A DNA stretch of 64,000 nucleotides from Thauera sp. (lineage in GTDB: Bacteria > Pseudomonadota > Gammaproteobacteria > Burkholderiales > Rhodocyclaceae). Shown piece after piece: positions 32,356-43,330 of the stretch. Positions within the stretch are counted from its first letter, which is position 1. The number at the start of each line of letters is the position of its first letter. The notes under the pieces are model-generated. The model worked only from the letters and a program-made list of their open reading frames with translations, was not told where the DNA came from and made no database searches. A program made the translations under genes and the position numbers. The stretch is from NCBI GenBank assembly GCA_035433105.1, contig DAORUJ010000002.1:4769-68768 (forward strand), written 5' to 3'.

Positions 32356-35300
32356 TCATTCAGTCGCTGGCGCTTGTCCGGCACCGAGGCGCTGAACGTC
32401 GGGATCGTCCCAGGTGCCGGTGATTTCATATTCGTAGGCAAAAAGTTTTTCGATCGGGTCACTGAGCGCCTTCTGGGCAAGGTAAGCCACCACGCCTGCC
32501 ACCGGATTCAACAGGCTTGCGGCGGCGCCGATCGCGATCGACTCCGACAGCGTGGGCTGCACCGCGACCCGCAAACTCTGGGTTTCGGCCTTGACGTCGG
32601 CGGTTCCCCGCATACGCACTCGCGCCGCCGGCCCACGGATTTCCAGATCATCGGTGCGCATCACGCCATCGGCCACATCGATGCTACCGGAAATGCCATC
32701 GAAGGCGAATCCGGCGGAAAAGACGTCGCGAAAATCGAGCGTGATCCGGCGCGGCAGCGACTGCAGGCTGAGGATGCCGAGCAAACGCCCCACCCCCGGC
32801 TCAAGTTTGTTGAACTGGCCCGCCTCGGCCGACAGCTTCATATTGCCTGCCAGCGTCGGATAGTCGAGACGGCTGGGCGCACCCTGCCAACGCAACTGCC
32901 CGTCCAGCGTGGCCTTGCCCCCGCGCACCACGTCATCGTAGCCCAGCCGCCTCGAGAAACGACCGATGTCAGCCACCTGCAGATTGAAGTCAAGCCGGGT
33001 CGTCTGGCGGCCGATGGTACGCCATTCGCCACTGCCACTGAGCTGCCCGTCGGCATTGCTCAGACCAAATCGCTCGAGCTGCCAGAGCCCGGAACGGTTG
33101 CGCGCAAACACCTCGAGCCGGCCGAGATCCGTGCCACGCAGCACGAAACGCTCAGCCACGATGTCCAGCGCTGGAAGCTGTCGCGGCGGAGTCTCGTCCT
33201 CGTCATGCACTGATGTCGGCGCCGCAGTCTGCACTGCCGGCTGCCCTTCCTTTGCGGCTTCGCCCAGGCTCAGTTGTTCGAACCTCGCCCGCAGTGCGCC
33301 GGCGCCTGCATCGCGCCAGTCAAGCTCACCGACGGCACGATCACTCGAGACACGCGCCTTCCAGCCTCCTGGGTCGGACACACCGCGCAGCTTGAAGTCG
33401 TTCAGGGCCTGGCCAAAGGCCTGCAGTCGTCCAACCTGGACGGACAAGCCCGCCAGCGGCAGGGCAGCAGAGCCAGCCGCACCCTCATCGCCGGGCGTGG
33501 GGGAGCCGTCTGCTTGTGCATCCGGCAGCGCCGGGTCGAGCACCCTGCGCCAGGCATCGGCATCGAGCGTATCGAAGGTCGCTGCCACCATCAGGCCGCG
33601 CTCGGCCAGGCGCAGCGGCTCGTCCACGGCGGCATTCAGCGCCAGACCGCCGCGCATGGCGCCGCCAGCGCCGGGCCACGCCATCTCGGCACGCAGCCAG
33701 TCCGCCAGCTCCAGCTCCAGCCGCCTGCCAGCCCCGCCCGCGGGCGCCTCGAAGCGCACGCGCAGCGGCCAGGGCTCAGCCGCATTCTTGTTCAGCGGCG
33801 ACGGCAGACTCGATGCCAGACCGATCAGCGCGGAGTCCACGCTGACGCGGGTCAGCCCGTGCGCAATGCCGACCTGGGCCTCCCAGCTCGCACTGCCCGA
33901 CAGGTGCTCCACCAGTGGCGAGTCCCATGCAGCAGACAGCGCCGAAGCGCTGGCCGAGCCCTTGGCATCGAAGCGGACCGTGCCGTCGGCCAGTGTCTGC
34001 GCCGTGATCCGGGCCGGCGCACCAAGAAACTGCGCGCGCGCCTCGGGCACGGACAAGGTATCCGCGGTAAAGCGAAGCCGGCCGGCGGCGTCCTCCAGCA
34101 CCGGCAGCCCTTCAACCAGCCATAGTCGATTGGCCGCAAAACGGAATTCGCCCTCAACGGTGGTTTCCGGCACGTGCCGCAGCGGCATCACCAGACGCAA
34201 GTCGAGTTTGCCCCTTCCCTCCGCCCGCATCCCATCGGTGAAGCCACCGATGCGCTCGGACACCGGGCTGGCCGACACAAAGCGCAGGAACTCCGCAGTA
34301 GGCCCGGAGGCCTTACCAGTGATGGTCATGAGCTCGGACGGCTGGACATCGAGGTCAGGCACATCAGCGACGACATCAGCCAGCGCAGCACCCAGGATGC
34401 GCGCGCGCGCGGCCTCAATGCGCATCCCCGGCCCCTCGAAACGAACCTCTCCGAAAATACCTTCGATCGTCGGCCAGCCCTCGGCGTAATCGAGCACGGC
34501 ATCGGCGACGCGGATCGCGACACGGAACTCGCCACGTCCGTCACGGAACGGAAAATCATCCAGTACGCCGCGCAAGCGCAGACTGGCTTCGGGCACGGTG
34601 GCACGGCGGATGGACTGGCGGACCCAGTCCTGGGTGTGAGAGCCGACGACACGAGGCAGGTAACGCCACACCGCCGTCCCCTCAGCGCGTGTCAGCCTGG
34701 CCTGGAGGTCAATCTCACCAGCGCTGCCTGCGCGCAGGCGGTACACGCCCGAGGCAGTGCCTGCGGCATCCGGATTCTCGAACTGCGCGCCGTCCAGCGT
34801 GATTTCGAGTTGCCCCTCGCGCCGCTGCCAGCCGCCTTCGGCACGCAGCTGGTCGAACTGCAGACGCCCGGAATCGAACACCTCGGGCAAATCGATGTGT
34901 AGCTCACGACTGTCAAAGCGGTAACGCCCTCCCCCCTCGTCACCCTCAAGCGTGCCGCTCAGGCCACCTAATCCCGGCAAGCCATCGCGCGCCTCAAGGC
35001 CAAGTCCGGCAAAGCGTGCCGAAACCGCCCAGGCTTGCGGTGCCGCCAGCGCGCCACGCCAGCGCAGGCTCAGGGCCTGAAGCCGTCCCTTCGGCGCAAA
35101 AGCAGAGAGCTGCGCGCTTATGGCCTGATCGAGCGGCAAAAAGACTGCCAGCCGCGCCAGTGCTTCGACGTCGAGCTGATTAACAGAAAAACGACTGTCG
35201 TGCCCTTCGCCCCCGATGTCTCCAAGCTGCAAATCGAGGGTCGTCGGCAACAGTGCCAGCCCATCGCTCATGCGCAGCGTCAGGCCGCGCGTCTGCACAT

Positions 35301-36354
35301 GCAGGCCCTGGGTATCGCGCTCGACGCTCAAGCGCCCCGCCAGGCGCTCGAGCGCCAGCTCAGGCAAGCCCTCGTCGAGTTGCGTGCGCACGCGCTCAAG
35401 CGCCACATCGGCGCTGAAACCCCAGCCACGTGCCGGGGCACGACCGAAGTCCAGTCCGCGCGCCAGATCGAAGCGCGACTCGGCCGTCGACTCCAGCCAT
35501 GCGCGCACACCACCGACCCCCTGCAACGGTCGCGGATAATCGAGCCACGGGCGCCAGCCACCGAGGTCGGCGCGCTCCAGCGCAACATAGAGTCTCCCGC
35601 TGGAAGCAAGCGGGGCCGCGAGATCGAGGTGGCGCAGCTCACCCCGCACATCGAGCGTCGAGGCCAGCGCCTGCGGCGGCTGCGCACGCAAGGCGAAGCG
35701 GTGCAGCCCGAGACGCTGATCGAGGCGCAGCTCCACCTTGTCCAGCACCAGCTCGGGCGCCCCGCGCAGGCGGTCGTCCCAACGCAGGGTTGCATCATGG
35801 ATGACGATCTGACGCTGTTCGAGCAACCAGTGCAACGCGCCGCCATCGGCGCTCCCATCCACCGCCACCGGCAGACCAGCGACAAAAAGCCGTCCATCCA
35901 GATCACGTCGCAGCGCCAGTTCGGGCGCTGTGATCTCAAGACGGTGGAAATGCGCTTGCAGCCGCAGCAAGGACGACCACGCAAGCGTGGCGTCGACCCT
36001 GGGCAGTTGCAGGGCTGGCCGGTCCTCGCCATCGGCCACGCTGACCTGCTGCAGGATCAGGCGGGGTCGCCAGCCGGCCCAGTCGCCGTCGATCGTACCG
36101 ATCCTTACCGGCAGCCCGATGGCCTGGCTGGCTGCCGCGGCAATCTCGCCGCGGAACTGGCCCACCGCGGGCAGCGCCACATGGCGCACCAGCAACATCG
36201 TGCAGGCCACGACGATCCAGCCCAGTACCAGCGCATTGCCCACCCATCCAAGCAATTTCCGCAAGCGCCCCGTGCGCCGCATCGACGGGGCCGAAGCAGA
36301 CGCGGGGGAAGACGCTGGCGATACGGGAGAGGAAGGTTCGGAGCGCGGATTCAT
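32356..36354 (-). CDS. yhdP: YhdP family AsmA-like phospholipid transport protein
   Basis: About 1330 aa, N-terminal TM, C-terminal GRLLGILSLQSLPRRITLDFRD and YEITGTWDDP; start approximate. Confidence 0.9.
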   Translation of the reverse strand: MNPRSEPSSPVSPASSPASASAPSMRRTGRLRKLLGWVGNALVLGWIVVACTMLLVRHVALPAVGQFRGEIAAAASQAIGLPVRIGTIDGDWAGWRPRLILQQVSVADGEDRPALQLPRVDATLAWSSLLRLQAHFHRLEITAPELALRRDLDGRLFVAGLPVAVDGSADGGALHWLLEQRQIVIHDATLRWDDRLRGAPELVLDKVELRLDQRLGLHRFALRAQPPQALASTLDVRGELRHLDLAAPLASSGRLYVALERADLGGWRPWLDYPRPLQGVGGVRAWLESTAESRFDLARGLDFGRAPARGWGFSADVALERVRTQLDEGLPELALERLAGRLSVERDTQGLHVQTRGLTLRMSDGLALLPTTLDLQLGDIGGEGHDSRFSVNQLDVEALARLAVFLPLDQAISAQLSAFAPKGRLQALSLRWRGALAAPQAWAVSARFAGLGLEARDGLPGLGGLSGTLEGDEGGGRYRFDSRELHIDLPEVFDSGRLQFDQLRAEGGWQRREGQLEITLDGAQFENPDAAGTASGVYRLRAGSAGEIDLQARLTRAEGTAVWRYLPRVVGSHTQDWVRQSIRRATVPEASLRLRGVLDDFPFRDGRGEFRVAIRVADAVLDYAEGWPTIEGIFGEVRFEGPGMRIEAARARILGAALADVVADVPDLDVQPSELMTITGKASGPTAEFLRFVSASPVSERIGGFTDGMRAEGRGKLDLRLVMPLRHVPETTVEGEFRFAANRLWLVEGLPVLEDAAGRLRFTADTLSVPEARAQFLGAPARITAQTLADGTVRFDAKGSASASALSAAWDSPLVEHLSGSASWEAQVGIAHGLTRVSVDSALIGLASSLPSPLNKNAAEPWPLRVRFEAPAGGAGRRLELELADWLRAEMAWPGAGGAMRGGLALNAAVDEPLRLAERGLMVAATFDTLDADAWRRVLDPALPDAQADGSPTPGDEGAAGSAALPLAGLSVQVGRLQAFGQALNDFKLRGVSDPGGWKARVSSDRAVGELDWRDAGAGALRARFEQLSLGEAAKEGQPAVQTAAPTSVHDEDETPPRQLPALDIVAERFVLRGTDLGRLEVFARNRSGLWQLERFGLSNADGQLSGSGEWRTIGRQTTRLDFNLQVADIGRFSRRLGYDDVVRGGKATLDGQLRWQGAPSRLDYPTLAGNMKLSAEAGQFNKLEPGVGRLLGILSLQSLPRRITLDFRDVFSAGFAFDGISGSIDVADGVMRTDDLEIRGPAARVRMRGTADVKAETQSLRVAVQPTLSESIAIGAAASLLNPVAGVVAYLAQKALSDPIEKLFAYEYEITGTWDDPDVQRLGAGQAPATE

Positions 36355-36576
36355 GCAGGGTCGCAACGGCTTGCCGAGCCGCAATTCGGGACGGGCGGAC
36401 GACTGCGCCGCGCAGATCGCGCGCAGCCCCGCTCCCGGGCACCCGCTGACACGCACAGAGGCACGTCTGGAGACGACAATGCACGGATAAACTATGCATA
36501 CGACGACTATCGGCACCATTTGCCGCAGGGGTCGACATTCTACCAACGATCAGATCGAAGGCACCGGAGCCGCAGC

Positions 36577-39282
36577 ATGTCCGCCAACCACACCGCATTG
36601 CCTGCACTGCCGTCACCGGTTCAGGACGCCCGCCGCTTTTCGCGCTACCTCGCGCGCATGCTCGACTGCCAGCCCTGGCTGGCCGAAGCACTCGGCGCCA
36701 GCATCGATGGACCAATCGACGCAAGCAGCATGGAGCGCTTCATTGCTGCACGCGAAGCGCCCCTCGGCGGCGCTGACCCTGCGCTGCGCCCGGCCCTGCG
36801 TCAGCTGCGCATCTGGGTACTGTGCCACCTGATCGTACGCGACCTGAGTTGCGCCGCACCACTGGCCGAGGTCACCGAAACCATGACCGTGCTCGCCGAA
36901 GTGGCCTTGCGCCATGCGCACGACGTGTTGCGCGCGGCCCTCGTCGAGCGCTACGGCCGGCCGCTCTCGCCCACCGGCTGGGAGCAGGAGCTGCTGGTCA
37001 TCGGCATGGGCAAGCTCGGCGGGCGGGAGTTGAACGTGTCGTCCGACATCGACCTGATCTTCATCTACCCGGAAGACGGCGATACCGGCGGCAGCAAGGT
37101 GATCAGCAACTACGAGTTTTTCGAGCGGCTCGGCAAGCAATTGATCCAGGCCCTGGCCGAGGTCACCGAACACGGCCAGGTGTTTCGTGTCGACATGCGC
37201 CTGCGCCCGAATGGCGATTCCGGCCCGCTGGTGTGCTGCTTCGACATGCTGGAGAACTACTTGGTCACCCAGGGGCGTGAATGGGAGCGCTACGCCTGGA
37301 TCAAGGCACGGGTGATGCTGGGGGAGCGCTGGTCCGAGCTTTACGGAATCGCTCGCCCCTTCGTCTTTCGCAAGTATCTTGACTTCGGCGCGATCAATGC
37401 CATGCGCGACCTGCATGCCCAGATCCGGCGCGAAGTCGCCCGCCGTGACCGGGCCAACAACGTCAAGCTTGGCCCGGGCGGCATCCGCGAGATCGAATTC
37501 ATCGCCCAGGTCTTCCAGTTGATCCGGGGCGGGCGCGACACCGCGCTGCAACTGCGGCCGACGCTGAAGGCGCTGGCGCTGCTGCCCGATCGCGGCATCC
37601 TGTCGGCGGCGACGGTGGAGGAACTGTCCGCAGCCTACGATTTTCTGCGTCGGCTCGAACATCGCCTGCAATACCTGGACGACGCCCAGACCCACGACCT
37701 GCCGACGAGCGCGGCCGATCAGGCGCTGATCGCCCAGGCCATGGGTTTTGTCGACTACACGGCCCTGCTGACGACGCTGGACGCGCACCGTGCCGTGGTC
37801 GGTCGCCACTTCGACGCGGTGTTCGGCGACCCGTCGGAAGAAGACCACAGCCTCGATGCTACCTGGGCAGCGGCCGAGGACATCGACAGCGTGATGCCGG
37901 CGCTCGCCGAGCTCGGCTACCGCCACGCGCGCAGCGGGGCCGAGCGTCTTGCGTCAATCCACGCCAGCCCGCGCTATCGCCAGCTGCCGAACAACATCAA
38001 GAGCCGTTTCGACGCGCTGATTCCGCGCGTCATCGAAGCCGCGGCAACGACACCGGGAGCGGACGATACGCTGGCCCGCTTCCTCGACCTGATGGAGGCC
38101 ATCGGCCGCCGCGGCGCCTATCTCGCGCTGCTGCAGCAATACCCGCAGGCCTTGCGTCGTGTCGCCGACCTGATGAGCGCGTCGCGCTGGGGGGCGCAGT
38201 TCCTGACACGCCACCCGCTCTTGCTCGACGAGATGCTGGACGCCCGCAATCTGGAGACCGTGCCCGACTGGAAGGGCTTCCGTATCAGCCTGGCGGCCGA
38301 ACTGGACGCCGTCGAGCCGGACATGGAGCGGCAGATGGATATCATGCGCGAACAGCATCATGCCCAGGCGTTCCGACTGCTGACGCAGGACATCGCCGGC
38401 CTGCTGACGGTGGAGAAGCTCGCCGACCACCTGTCCGAACTGGCCGACATCATGCTCGACCTCACCCTGCCGCGCTGCTGGAGCCGGATCAAGATTCGCC
38501 ACCGCGACGAGCCCCGGTTCGCCGTCATCAGCTACGGCAAGCTGGGTGGCAAGGAACTAGGCTATGCCTCCGACCTCGACATCGTTTTCCTCTATGACGA
38601 CGATGCCCAGGAGTCACCCGAGGTGTACACGCGACTGGCGCAACGCACCAGCACCTGGCTGTCGAGCCAGACCGCCGCCGGCCAGTTGTTCGAAACCGAC
38701 CTTCGCCTGCGCCCGAATGGCGAATCCGGCCTGATCGCAACATCGCTCGAGGCCTTCCGCAAATATCAGCTCGAATCAGCCTGGGTGTGGGAACACCAGG
38801 CGCTGACCCGTGCGCGTTTTTCCGCAGGCGACCGCGCCATCGGCGAAGCCTTCGAACGCATCCGCGAAGAAGTTCTGCGTCTGCCGCGCGAGCTCGACGC
38901 GCTGCGCCAGGACGTGCTGACGATGCGCAAGAAGATGCGGGATGCCCATGGCAGCAAGGGCGACACCGTTTTCGATCTCAAGCACGACAGCGGTGGCCTG
39001 ATCGACGTCGAGTTCCTGACTCAGTACCTCGTACTGGGGCATGCGCACGCAAACCCGCAGCTGACTGGCAACCTGGGCAACATCGCCTTGCTGCGCATTG
39101 CAGGCGAACTCGGCCTGATCCCCGCCGATCTCGCCGCTGCCTGCGCCGACAGCTACCGCGAACTGCGCCGCCTGCAGCACCGCCAGCGACTCAATGACCT
39201 GCCTTCGCGCGTTGCACCGGACGAAGCCGAGGCTGCACGGCGACCGGTGATTGCCATGTGGCGAACCGTGTTCGGAGAGTAA
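36577..39282 (+). CDS. glnE: Bifunctional glutamine synthetase adenylyltransferase / adenylyl-removing enzyme
   Basis: Two nucleotidyltransferase domains (MGKLGGRELNVSSDIDL, YGKLGGKELGYASDLD); start at GGAG-preceded ATG 36577, not 35035. Confidence 0.96.
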   Translation: MSANHTALPALPSPVQDARRFSRYLARMLDCQPWLAEALGASIDGPIDASSMERFIAAREAPLGGADPALRPALRQLRIWVLCHLIVRDLSCAAPLAEVTETMTVLAEVALRHAHDVLRAALVERYGRPLSPTGWEQELLVIGMGKLGGRELNVSSDIDLIFIYPEDGDTGGSKVISNYEFFERLGKQLIQALAEVTEHGQVFRVDMRLRPNGDSGPLVCCFDMLENYLVTQGREWERYAWIKARVMLGERWSELYGIARPFVFRKYLDFGAINAMRDLHAQIRREVARRDRANNVKLGPGGIREIEFIAQVFQLIRGGRDTALQLRPTLKALALLPDRGILSAATVEELSAAYDFLRRLEHRLQYLDDAQTHDLPTSAADQALIAQAMGFVDYTALLTTLDAHRAVVGRHFDAVFGDPSEEDHSLDATWAAAEDIDSVMPALAELGYRHARSGAERLASIHASPRYRQLPNNIKSRFDALIPRVIEAAATTPGADDTLARFLDLMEAIGRRGAYLALLQQYPQALRRVADLMSASRWGAQFLTRHPLLLDEMLDARNLETVPDWKGFRISLAAELDAVEPDMERQMDIMREQHHAQAFRLLTQDIAGLLTVEKLADHLSELADIMLDLTLPRCWSRIKIRHRDEPRFAVISYGKLGGKELGYASDLDIVFLYDDDAQESPEVYTRLAQRTSTWLSSQTAAGQLFETDLRLRPNGESGLIATSLEAFRKYQLESAWVWEHQALTRARFSAGDRAIGEAFERIREEVLRLPRELDALRQDVLTMRKKMRDAHGSKGDTVFDLKHDSGGLIDVEFLTQYLVLGHAHANPQLTGNLGNIALLRIAGELGLIPADLAAACADSYRELRRLQHRQRLNDLPSRVAPDEAEAARRPVIAMWRTVFGE

Positions 39283-39428
39283 TCGACCTCGCACGACGCA
39301 CCTGAGCTGCACCCCTCAATGCTGTATATGGCCCCCGTGCCTGATGACTCCCGCCCACTACACAAGCGAAGGGGCCAATTTCAATCGGCGGCGCTTGCAC
39401 CGGCTGCTGCACAACAAGGCGATGCGCC

Positions 39429-41003
39429 ATGAATCAAGAGATCGAACTGAAGCTGGCTCTGCCGCGGCGTGCGCTTGCGGCATTGCGTCGCCATCCGCTG
39501 ATCGCGGGGGCGGAGAAGCTCGGCCGGGCAGTCACCCTGGACAACACCTATTACGACACGCCCGCACTTCGGCTCAAGGCGCGTCGAATCGCCGTCCGCA
39601 CCCGTCGCCAGGGTCGTGCCTGGTTGCAAACGGTGAAGTGCGCCGCGGTATCGAACGCGGGCCTGTCGCAGCGACCCGAGTGGGAACAGACCTATACGGG
39701 CGCCTTCGATTTCTCTCAAGTCGACCTGCCCGAGGCTGCCAGATTGCTGGCTCGCCGCGCTGATGATCTGGTGCCGGTGTTCACCACCCGCTTCCGCCGT
39801 GAGACACGCCGCCTGTGCCCACGCGAAGGGGTGAGCATCCTGATCATGATCGACACCGGCGAGGTCAGGGTCAGCGCCGCGGATGGCAGCGAGCGCCAGG
39901 CCCCCATCTGCGAACTGGAGCTCGAACTCGAACAGGGGCTGCCTGCGGACCTGTTCGCGCTAGCCTGCCAGCTGGCCGAAACCCTGCCGTTGATGCCTTC
40001 TGATCTCTCCAAGGCTGAGCGTGGGTATCGCCTCTTCATGGGCTCGCCGCTACGGGCCACACGCGCTGAAACGTCCGCACTCAAACGGGACCAGAATGGG
40101 GTTGACGCCTTTCGCAGCCTGGCTTTTTCCTGCGTGCGCCAATGGCAGGCAAACGCGGAGGCGGCGCTGTCCATCAAAGGCTTGGATGTCACCCCTGAAG
40201 ATGCACTGCAAGCAGACCTGATCCACCAGTTGCGCGTCGCCCTTCGCCGTTTGCGCGCGCTGCTGAAGCTGTTCGCACCGATCCTGCCCGTGGACTTCGC
40301 TGGCGACTGGAACCTACGCCTGCGTGACAACGCCAGGCGCCTCGGCGAGGCGCGCGACCTCGACGTGTTGAACACCGAACTGCTCGGGCCGGTGACAGCC
40401 GGAGCACTGGCCGACGCGGCCTCGATGGCCGAGCTGCTGCGGACGGCAAGCCAGGCCCGCGAGGATGGCCACCTTGCGCTGGTTCAGGCGCTTGAGCAGG
40501 CGACCCAGGGACGCCTGCTGCTGGAGTTCGGCACGGCACTGATGCAATTGCCCCCATCAGCCCCGAAGCAAACCGGGTGCGACAGCCTTGCCGCAGCCGT
40601 CGACCTGCGTAAGTTCGCACGCTTGCGCGTCGCCCGTCTGCGCAAGCGCATACGAAAGCAATTCGACGCTGCATCGGCGCTCGAGCCGGCTCGACTGCAC
40701 GCGCTGCGCGTCGGTTTCAAGCAGTTGCGCTATAGCCTCGAGTTCCTCGCTCCGCTGTTTCCGCCGAAAACGCTTGCACGCTATCAGCGCGACCTGAAGA
40801 AGGCACTGCGCACACTGGGTTTCCTGCAGGATGTCGATATCGCACGCGAACGCATGCTGGCCTGGGCTGCCGACGATGCCACGCTGACACCGGCTGCGGC
40901 CTTTGTGCTGGGCTGGCATGCACCACGCTATGGCCGTTTGCGCAGCCGTGTACTGCGCGAGTGCGAGCCCCTGCTGTGGGGCAAGACGCCCTGGCAGGGC
41001 TGA
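39429..41003 (+). CDS. CYTH + CHAD domain protein (inorganic triphosphatase-like)
   Basis: EIELKL, YYDTP, ELELEL (CYTH); IHQLRVALRRLR, LGEARDLDV, LHALR..KQLRY (CHAD). Confidence 0.9.
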   Translation: MNQEIELKLALPRRALAALRRHPLIAGAEKLGRAVTLDNTYYDTPALRLKARRIAVRTRRQGRAWLQTVKCAAVSNAGLSQRPEWEQTYTGAFDFSQVDLPEAARLLARRADDLVPVFTTRFRRETRRLCPREGVSILIMIDTGEVRVSAADGSERQAPICELELELEQGLPADLFALACQLAETLPLMPSDLSKAERGYRLFMGSPLRATRAETSALKRDQNGVDAFRSLAFSCVRQWQANAEAALSIKGLDVTPEDALQADLIHQLRVALRRLRALLKLFAPILPVDFAGDWNLRLRDNARRLGEARDLDVLNTELLGPVTAGALADAASMAELLRTASQAREDGHLALVQALEQATQGRLLLEFGTALMQLPPSAPKQTGCDSLAAAVDLRKFARLRVARLRKRIRKQFDAASALEPARLHALRVGFKQLRYSLEFLAPLFPPKTLARYQRDLKKALRTLGFLQDVDIARERMLAWAADDATLTPAAAFVLGWHAPRYGRLRSRVLRECEPLLWGKTPWQG

Positions 41004-41081
41004 AGCCAGGATCTGGAACGGTCATCGACCTTCGATGCGGACGATAAACTGAATATGGGATTTTCCTCCCTGGAGACATGA

Positions 41082-41534
41082 ATGGATCTCCTGCTCTGGC
41101 GCCACGCCGAAGCGGCTGACGGCAGCCCCGATCTCAAGCGCGAGCTGACGCCACGCGGTCGCCAGCAGGCCAGGCAGATGGCGGCATGGCTGGCGGCCAG
41201 ACAACCTGCGCAGTTGCGCGTGCTGGCAAGCCCGGCCCGGCGTACCTGTCAGACGGCGAGCGCCTTCACCGACGAATTTGAGATCGTCCCCAGCCTGGGC
41301 CCCGACGGCGGTGTCGCCGACATCCTGAGCGCAACGGGCTGGCCCGACGCCGGCGCTGCGGCATTGGTCGTCGGCCACCAGCCCACACTCGGCCGCCTCG
41401 CCGCGCTGCTGCTTTCAGGCCAGGAGGCGGAATGGTCGATCAAAAAAGGCGCGCTATGGTGGTTGTCCAGTCGCATGCGCGGGAGCGAGACGCAGGCCGT
41501 GTTGCGCGTGGTTATTCCTTCCAGTTTGACCTGA
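41082..41534 (+). CDS. sixA: SixA family phosphohistidine phosphatase
   Basis: LWRHAEA, RELTPRG, SPARR, VGHQP. Confidence 0.88.
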   Translation: MDLLLWRHAEAADGSPDLKRELTPRGRQQARQMAAWLAARQPAQLRVLASPARRTCQTASAFTDEFEIVPSLGPDGGVADILSATGWPDAGAAALVVGHQPTLGRLAALLLSGQEAEWSIKKGALWWLSSRMRGSETQAVLRVVIPSSLT

Positions 41535-41742
41535 GTTCAAGTCGGCCAAGGGTTGCGCAGAGCGCTGTATCGTGCTGCGCGAGACGCACGCAAACAAGAG
41601 TGAATTCCTCACGCCGTGCGGGGTCATACTGACGCACAATGTGGGCTGCAAGCGCATGAGATCCAGGCTCAAAGGCTGTGATTCAGGCGCTCGTTCATTC
41701 CAGCGCATTACCCAAGATGCCGCCTTCAACCCGGACCGGACC

Positions 41743-42309
41743 ATGCTCGGACGCTTTTTGCCCTCGCACGACACCATCAAGCACAGCCGCCTGTTGCGCT
41801 GGCTTGGGCCGCGCATTCACGATCCGCTACTGTGGCACGTCAATCGTCACGCGGTTGCACGTGGGGTGGCGGTCGGCGCCTTCTTTGGCCTGATGATCCC
41901 GGTGGCACAGATTCCCGCTGCCGCCATCGCTGCGCTGATCCTGCGCGGCAACCTTTGGATCGCCGCCATCTCGACCCTGATCAGCAATCCCTTCACCTAC
42001 GGTCCGCTGTACTACTTTGCCTATCGTCTGGGCGGCTACCTGATCGGCGCGCCGGTGCCGGCTGCCGTCGAAGCCCAGATAGCGCCAGCGCCGATGGCCG
42101 TGATCGACTCGCTGACTCAGGCCTGGTCCTGGCTGAGCGGCATCGGCCAGCCCCTGCTGCTGGGCATGGCCGTCATGGCAACGACCGGCGCAGTGCTCGG
42201 CTATCTGGGAACACTCGGCATCTGGAGGCTGCGCGTGCTGCTCAAGCGGCGCAATGCGCTGCGCTCCCGGCTGGCACAGTCCGCCCGTCGCGGCCTTGGC
42301 AGCACCTGA
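41743..42309 (+). CDS. DUF2062 family membrane protein
   Basis: LWHVNRHAVARGVAVG, ISNPFTYGP, PLLLG. Confidence 0.8.
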   Translation: MLGRFLPSHDTIKHSRLLRWLGPRIHDPLLWHVNRHAVARGVAVGAFFGLMIPVAQIPAAAIAALILRGNLWIAAISTLISNPFTYGPLYYFAYRLGGYLIGAPVPAAVEAQIAPAPMAVIDSLTQAWSWLSGIGQPLLLGMAVMATTGAVLGYLGTLGIWRLRVLLKRRNALRSRLAQSARRGLGST

Positions 42310-42360
42310 AACCGCTGCCATGCTTTCATTCATCCGCCAGCAGGAAAGGTCGGAGCGCTC

Positions 42361-43299
42361 ATGAACCCGCCCATCGAAAACGGCACCATCGACATCATCG
42401 ACGGCGTACGCCGCATTTTTTGCGACGGCTACTGGATCAAGGTCTACGACCCCCCAGCAGACTCACTCAAATCCAAGAAACAGCTGATCCAGGCCCTCAC
42501 CCGCCGGCTCTTCAACCATGTCGAACACGGCATCAACATCCCCGGCAAGCGGCTGGAGGATGCACGCCGTGCATACGAGACCGAGCAGGACCCGGCACGC
42601 AAGCGTGTCAAGGGCGCCATGTTTGCCGGCGCACTGTTCAATCGGGCCACCGACATCTTCACCAAACTCGTGGAGCTGCAGGAGCTGGGCATCGAGATCG
42701 ACACCGAGAATGCCCTGATGTGCGAATGCGGCTTCTGCCTGCAGGAAGCGCTGAATCTGGGCAAGCTGGTTCTGCATCGCAGCGGCGACGAAGGCATCGA
42801 CGAACTGTGGGGCGAACCCTTCCGTGCCTTCTCGATTCCGGTCGAGGCGTTTTATGAAAGCCGGATCATCAAGATTGCACAGACCCTGCGGGACATCGAT
42901 CGCCTGAGTGCGGTGATGTCGTCCTCCATCACCGCAGTCCCCATGTACGAAGGCATTCGATCCGCAATCGCGCACTTCACGACCGCAGCGAAGGTCAAGT
43001 GCGAAACCCTGCGCACCGACCCCGACATTTTCGACGTATGGTCGGACTTCGTCGTCGCCTCCGAGGAGCTCGCAGCCTTCTCGCCGTCCCTGTCACGCAG
43101 CCTGAGTGCGGTGGACCAGCAACTGGCCAGCGACGCGCGGCGATTGCTGCTTCAAGGCCGCGACCTGATCACCAACATTACGCGCGCCCGTGTGCCAATG
43201 CCCAAGAGCAGTGCAGACTTCATTGCACGCTGCGAAACCTTCGCCGCACGGGCACACACTCACGCCCAGCCGGCGCTGGCCAGTCCCGCGCCGTTCTGA
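42361..43299 (+). CDS. Hypothetical protein (312 aa, alpha-helical)
   Basis: Clean ORF with genome-like codon usage and GGAG RBS; no family recognised. Confidence 0.75.
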   Translation: MNPPIENGTIDIIDGVRRIFCDGYWIKVYDPPADSLKSKKQLIQALTRRLFNHVEHGINIPGKRLEDARRAYETEQDPARKRVKGAMFAGALFNRATDIFTKLVELQELGIEIDTENALMCECGFCLQEALNLGKLVLHRSGDEGIDELWGEPFRAFSIPVEAFYESRIIKIAQTLRDIDRLSAVMSSSITAVPMYEGIRSAIAHFTTAAKVKCETLRTDPDIFDVWSDFVVASEELAAFSPSLSRSLSAVDQQLASDARRLLLQGRDLITNITRARVPMPKSSADFIARCETFAARAHTHAQPALASPAPF

Positions 43300-43330
43300 G
43301 CGCGGGCGGCGCTGCGGCGTTCAGACGCAA

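Noticed and set aside
35035-36576. 514-aa N-terminal extension of the glnE ORF (1415-aa ORF in the track)
   Set aside because: It is the stop-free antisense shadow of yhdP in high-GC DNA; GlnE similarity and an RBS begin at 36577
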